In this document: piece after piece, positions 54,664 to 57,928 of the stretch
Position numbering within the stretch: position 1 is the first letter of the stretch
How the letters are laid out: each line of letters starts with the position of its first letter
Origin: a virus
Taxonomy: Duplodnaviria > Caudoviricetes
DNA: 57,928 nt
Strand: one strand, 5' to 3'
IMG/VR virus record: IMGVR_UViG_3300045996_001284
Coordinates: 1-57,928 of that record
Program-made: the position numbers and the translations under genes
Notes under the pieces: model-generated
Databases searched by the model: none
Seen by the model: the letters and a program-made list of their open reading frames with translations, nothing else
What the model was told of the DNA's origin: nothing

Positions 54664-55559
54664 GCTCGTGCTGCTCTAGCGATCATCTCTTCCACGGACA
54701 TCACCCGACCCAGGACGTACCACCTCTCGTCGTCACCATTCGGGGGTGCGTAAGGGTTGGTCTCAGCACTCAGTGGGTAGACTGCGCCGAGCCGCCGGAG
54801 CCGACGAACAACCGCCTCCAGGTGCGCGGAGTAGAACTCACTCGCAAATGGCGTGTCGCGCGGCTGTCGGTTGCCCTTGGGGCGCGGGCCAGTAGGCTTA
54901 GGAGCCAGCGCTCTACGTGGCTTCGGGCGCTCCGTTGATGCGGTGTCCTTCGGCGACCGCCTAGCCACCTCACGGCACGCCGAGCAGCAATAGCGACGCG
55001 CTTCGAAGTGGTTGCGGCCCTCCTCCGCCCGCTGGACGACCTGGTTCTGGCAGGTGGGCAGCTTGCACGGCTTGGTCAGCCGAGGCGCCGATCTCGGAGA
55101 CGTTGGCCTCCGCTCAGGCTTTGCCTTTCGCTTCGCCTCGCCAGCAGCTCGCTTGACCGCGACATCGCACGCCGCCGAACAATATTTGCGTTTCGCGAAC
55201 TCACTGGCACTGCTTCCCTTAGCCTTGATGATCTTCTCCGGGCACCCCGGTCTGGCGCATGGCTTCTCTGGTCGCACGTCCCCGTGCGCTCCATGCACCT
55301 GCATGCACTGGCAGACATGCGAACAATATTGTCGCTTTTCCCATCGCTTAGGACCTTCCCCACGGCGTCTCGTGAGGATGTTGGCGCACCCGGTGCGCTT
55401 GCATGTCTTGCTCGATGCAGGTGCCCTCTTATCCGCATAACCGCACTCGTGAGAGCAATATTTCCGCTTGGCGAACTTGTTCGGAGTCTCGCCTTCGTGC
55501 CGGACGACGGGGGCGGAGCATTCCGAGCGGGCGCACAGCTTAGCCTGTTGCTCGCACAT
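54660..55559 (-). CDS. Protein with four tandem Cys4 zinc-finger repeats
   Basis: C-x4-C...R-x-YC-x3-C repeated four times. Confidence 0.75.
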   Translation of the reverse strand: MCEQQAKLCARSECSAPVVRHEGETPNKFAKRKYCSHECGYADKRAPASSKTCKRTGCANILTRRRGEGPKRWEKRQYCSHVCQCMQVHGAHGDVRPEKPCARPGCPEKIIKAKGSSASEFAKRKYCSAACDVAVKRAAGEAKRKAKPERRPTSPRSAPRLTKPCKLPTCQNQVVQRAEEGRNHFEARRYCCSACREVARRSPKDTASTERPKPRRALAPKPTGPRPKGNRQPRDTPFASEFYSAHLEAVVRRLRRLGAVYPLSAETNPYAPPNGDDERWYVLGRVMSVEEMIARAARA

Positions 55560-55801
55560 CAGCCTACCTCGTGCCCTGGCCGAAAGGCACGAGGGACGCC
55601 GGCCATCTGCGCCTGCTCGATTATTTCCTCAGGGATGGGCTCCTCCATGGCCGCGTGCCAGCCGTAGGCCCAGGCGCAACCTCGATACCAATCGCAAAAC
55701 GGATTGGCGGTGGCCGGCTGGCCGAGACGAGCATCGTCGTGGCCAAGGCGCTCGGCGTCATAGATCGTGAGACGAGAATAGTCCGGCTCCTCCCCCTTCA
55801 C
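55559..55801 (-). CDS. Rmf/CrpP-like small protein
   Basis: GHDDARLG...NPF...AWAYGW. Confidence 0.5.
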   Translation of the reverse strand: MKGEEPDYSRLTIYDAERLGHDDARLGQPATANPFCDWYRGCAWAYGWHAAMEEPIPEEIIEQAQMAGVPRAFRPGHEVG

Positions 55802-56091
55802 TTCGTCAGCTCCACGACATACGCCTTAACGAACTCGCTGAGCTTGCGCTGATAGAGGGTGGCCCTGCCCTTTTCGTACAGGTTCCAGACGTCGCGTCTG
55901 GCGTCGCGAGCTATGCTTTTGGTCGCGCCCTGCTTCTCCGCCTGTATTTCGCGCTCGCATGCCTCTGCGAGGTTGCCCGCCCAATAGACAATCGAGGAGC
56001 CGGGCTGCGCGATATTGGACCACGCCCAAACATTCGGAGGCTCAAAGTTGGTCTCTGGGGTTGGCGTTAGGCTGTCGCGACGAGGGGTCAT
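55798..56091 (-). CDS. Hypothetical protein
   Basis: AQPGSSIVYWAGNLA...LYQRK. Confidence 0.6.
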   Translation of the reverse strand: MTPRRDSLTPTPETNFEPPNVWAWSNIAQPGSSIVYWAGNLAEACEREIQAEKQGATKSIARDARRDVWNLYEKGRATLYQRKLSEFVKAYVVELTK

Positions 56092-56103
56092 GCATCATCT
56101 CCG

Positions 56104-56430
56104 CTCAGCCCAGGGCCGCAGTGGCGAGAGCCCTTGATGGAGGACCACCACGGCCCTGGGCTGAGGAGAGAAAGTGCGGCCGAGCCGGAGCCCGGCCGCA
56201 AAGTCGGATCAGGGAGGCAAATGCTGGCAACGACGTCACCAGCGGTGAGCAGCCGACAGTGTCGGACCGGGGTAGCCGGCTGCTCACCGTTAGCGACGAA
56301 GAAGAGGCCGGACCCGAAGGCCCGGCCCAGTGTCATGACGCGCTGATCTCGCCCGAGGGAGGTAACGGGCGCCGCAACGTACAATCCGGCCGTCCGTTCG
56401 GCGCCGGCATCGACCTGTTGCGGCAGGCCG
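56104..56430 (-). ncRNA. Multi-hairpin intergenic RNA with CCUCCC motifs (cuckoo-like candidate)
   Basis: At least six stems, including 15-bp and 13-bp perfect ones; CGCCCG-TTACCTCCCT-CGGGCG hairpin. Confidence 0.45.
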
Positions 56431-56442
56431 AAACTCATGGGG

Positions 56443-56964
56443 TCAGGCAGCCGGCGTCTCGGGGGCCGGCTGGTCCTCGACGGTCACGGTCGTGCCGGCG
56501 AAGACGATTCCCTCCCCCTCGACCTCGAACGTCTCGGAGATGCGGAACTCTTGGCCGTCAGCACTTCCGGTGCCGCGCAGGGTGGCGAGACCGGCGCTGC
56601 CTGGGGTCGCGACGATACGCACGCGCGATTGGTCACCAGCCTCGCTGGCATCCTCGAACCGGCCCACGCCGTCGGGATCGTCATATTCCCACACGATATC
56701 GACGTCTCTCTGGGCGCCCGAGAGACGGCCCTTGAAGTCCGGGTCAACGACCGCCTGCTGGTCGCTGCGCATCCTAGTGGTGCCCATCGGGAGGATCCTT
56801 GCTGCTGATGGTGGAGGCTGGTCAGTGATGGTGATGGTGACGCGCTGGTCGATTGGCTCCGGCGCTACTCCCAGATCGCGCTCGCGCAGTCGAAGAGCGT
56901 TGCTGACCGCACGGCGCAAGCCGTCGGGGGCGCCCTCGAACTCGATGCGGAGACGCTCCGTCAT
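56443..56964 (-). CDS. Hypothetical protein
   Basis: MTERLRIEF...; GGAG RBS; beta-rich C-terminus. Confidence 0.6.
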   Translation of the reverse strand: MTERLRIEFEGAPDGLRRAVSNALRLRERDLGVAPEPIDQRVTITITDQPPPSAARILPMGTTRMRSDQQAVVDPDFKGRLSGAQRDVDIVWEYDDPDGVGRFEDASEAGDQSRVRIVATPGSAGLATLRGTGSADGQEFRISETFEVEGEGIVFAGTTVTVEDQPAPETPAA

Positions 56965-57137
56965 CGGTGGGTCTCCCCACCCGCGAGCCCGCAGCCCCAG
57001 GCAATCCACACCACCGTGCCGACCAGCAGCGCCGCCCCGATCATCGCGAGGTCGCCCAGCGTGGTCGGGCTGTGCATGTCGTGGACTTGGCCGGCAGAGA
57101 TGCGCTGGCCGTGGCGGAGGAAGGGGCGGGCGCTCAT
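56961..57137 (-). CDS. Small membrane protein
   Basis: MSARPFLR...LAMIGAALLVGTVVWIAW; ATGA overlap; read manually. Confidence 0.45.
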   Translation of the reverse strand: MSARPFLRHGQRISAGQVHDMHSPTTLGDLAMIGAALLVGTVVWIAWGCGLAGGETHR

Positions 57138-57407
57138 GCCGCACCAAGCGTGTCAAGCCTCTGTCCGCTACCAGACGGACAGCGCCAAGGATCGTGAACG
57201 ACAAGGCTGACGCAAGTTAGCGCGCTCTGTCCTATACCACAGGGCGTCCACCGCACCGCACCACAAACCGCGGCGTTAGAGAGTAGAATGTCCCAGGGGG
57301 AAAGACGCTTGCCTAAGCTGTTGGAATAGCGTGCATCACAAGTTGAGCTGAAATCGCTGGCGGGAAACCGCTGAGACACGAGCCCATCATGTGGATACAC
57401 GTTCATG

Positions 57408-57677
57408 TCACGCGAACTCGGAATTAATAATGTCGTTGTTGCTCATTTTGCCCGTCAGGCATATAACGGCCTCCGTCGGGGAAAAGTGAGCCTCCAGCAG
57501 CGCCCGCACCCCGATCTCGCCGCCAGTCGCGGCGGCGATGCGCGCTATCAGCGCTGCACTGGGCCGTCGCTGTTTGTGAACGAGCCGGGTAAGCGTGGAC
57601 GGCGAGACGCCGACCCGCTCCGCCAGCCGGTAGAGGGAAACGTTGTGAGTCTGTGCATAGCGCGTGAGAGGGTGCAT
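57408..57677 (-). CDS. Cro-like HTH regulator
   Basis: LAERVGVSPSTLTRL...RRPS...IAAATGGEI; divergent from the repressor. Confidence 0.85.
   Translation of the reverse strand: MHPLTRYAQTHNVSLYRLAERVGVSPSTLTRLVHKQRRPSAALIARIAAATGGEIGVRALLEAHFSPTEAVICLTGKMSNNDIINSEFA
57448..57462. promoter_or_regulatory. Operator copy TTGCCCGTCAGGCAT
   Basis: Matches the three switch operators. Confidence 0.6.
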
Positions 57678-57686
57678 GCGCCATCT

Positions 57687-57770
57687 ATGCCCCAAGGGCA
57701 AAAATCGTCAAGCGTAAAAAGCGCAGAGCTTGCCTGCGGGGCAGTTGTAGGAACTTTGCCCGTTAGGCAA
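57687..57770. promoter_or_regulatory. Immunity switch: three TGCC-N5-GGCA operators and the cro promoter
   Basis: 57687-57701, 57730-57744, 57756-57770; minus-strand TTGACG -35 at 57706-57711. Confidence 0.75.
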
Positions 57771-57779
57771 GGTGTGGAC

Positions 57780-57928
57780 ATGCCCCGCGGTCGCCCCAGG
57801 GCCACAGCCGAGCCCATAGAGCCAGCCAATCGCATCGGCTTCTTGCGCATTGAGCGAGGCATGACGCAGCAGCAGCTTGCTGACATCGTCGGCTGCGAGG
57901 CGAGTACCATCTACCGACTAGAGAGCGG
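57780..57928 (+). CDS. CI-like repressor, partial
   Basis: NRIGFLRIERGMTQQQLADIVGCEASTIYRLES; truncated by the window edge. Confidence 0.8.
   Translation, partial: MPRGRPRATAEPIEPANRIGFLRIERGMTQQQLADIVGCEASTIYRLES

Noticed and set aside
1-57928. Integrase, att sites, cos/pac site, diversity-generating retroelement
   Set aside because: None recognisable in this window; no reverse transcriptase or TR/VR pair seen. The integrase probably lies outside the window.

Overview
This 57.9 kb high-GC window is most of a temperate, lambda-like siphovirus or prophage genome. The host is probably an alphaproteobacterium, inferred from gene content and regulatory motifs. Read on the minus strand from right to left, it contains: an immunity switch (partial cI, cro, four TGCC-N5-GGCA operators); early and replication genes (SF2 helicase, initiator with an iteron origin, DnaB-like helicase, MazG); a Q-like gene with pR'/tR'; TerS and TerL; two DNA methyltransferases; portal, head, neck and tail genes (with a -1 frameshifted tail chaperone); a large depolymerase/tail-fibre block; a protease-metacaspase-PLA2-like cluster; and a lysis region. 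Two plus-strand accessory islands driven by repeated promoter cassettes interrupt the late region. Four observations stand out. (1) Both methyltransferase genes carry an in-frame insertion of about 170 codons that hides a complete HNH endonuclease in another reading frame, one sense +1 and one antisense. The host frame stays open, and each insert is bracketed by Cys/His motifs. (2) There are two tRNA-like RNAs whose anticodon arm is replaced by a large structured domain; in one case that domain is a second, nested tRNA-like fold. (3) A repeated promoter/operator/leader cassette drives small genes. (4) A recurring structured 5' leader precedes several accessory genes. All calls come from reading the sequence and recognising motifs; no database searches were run.
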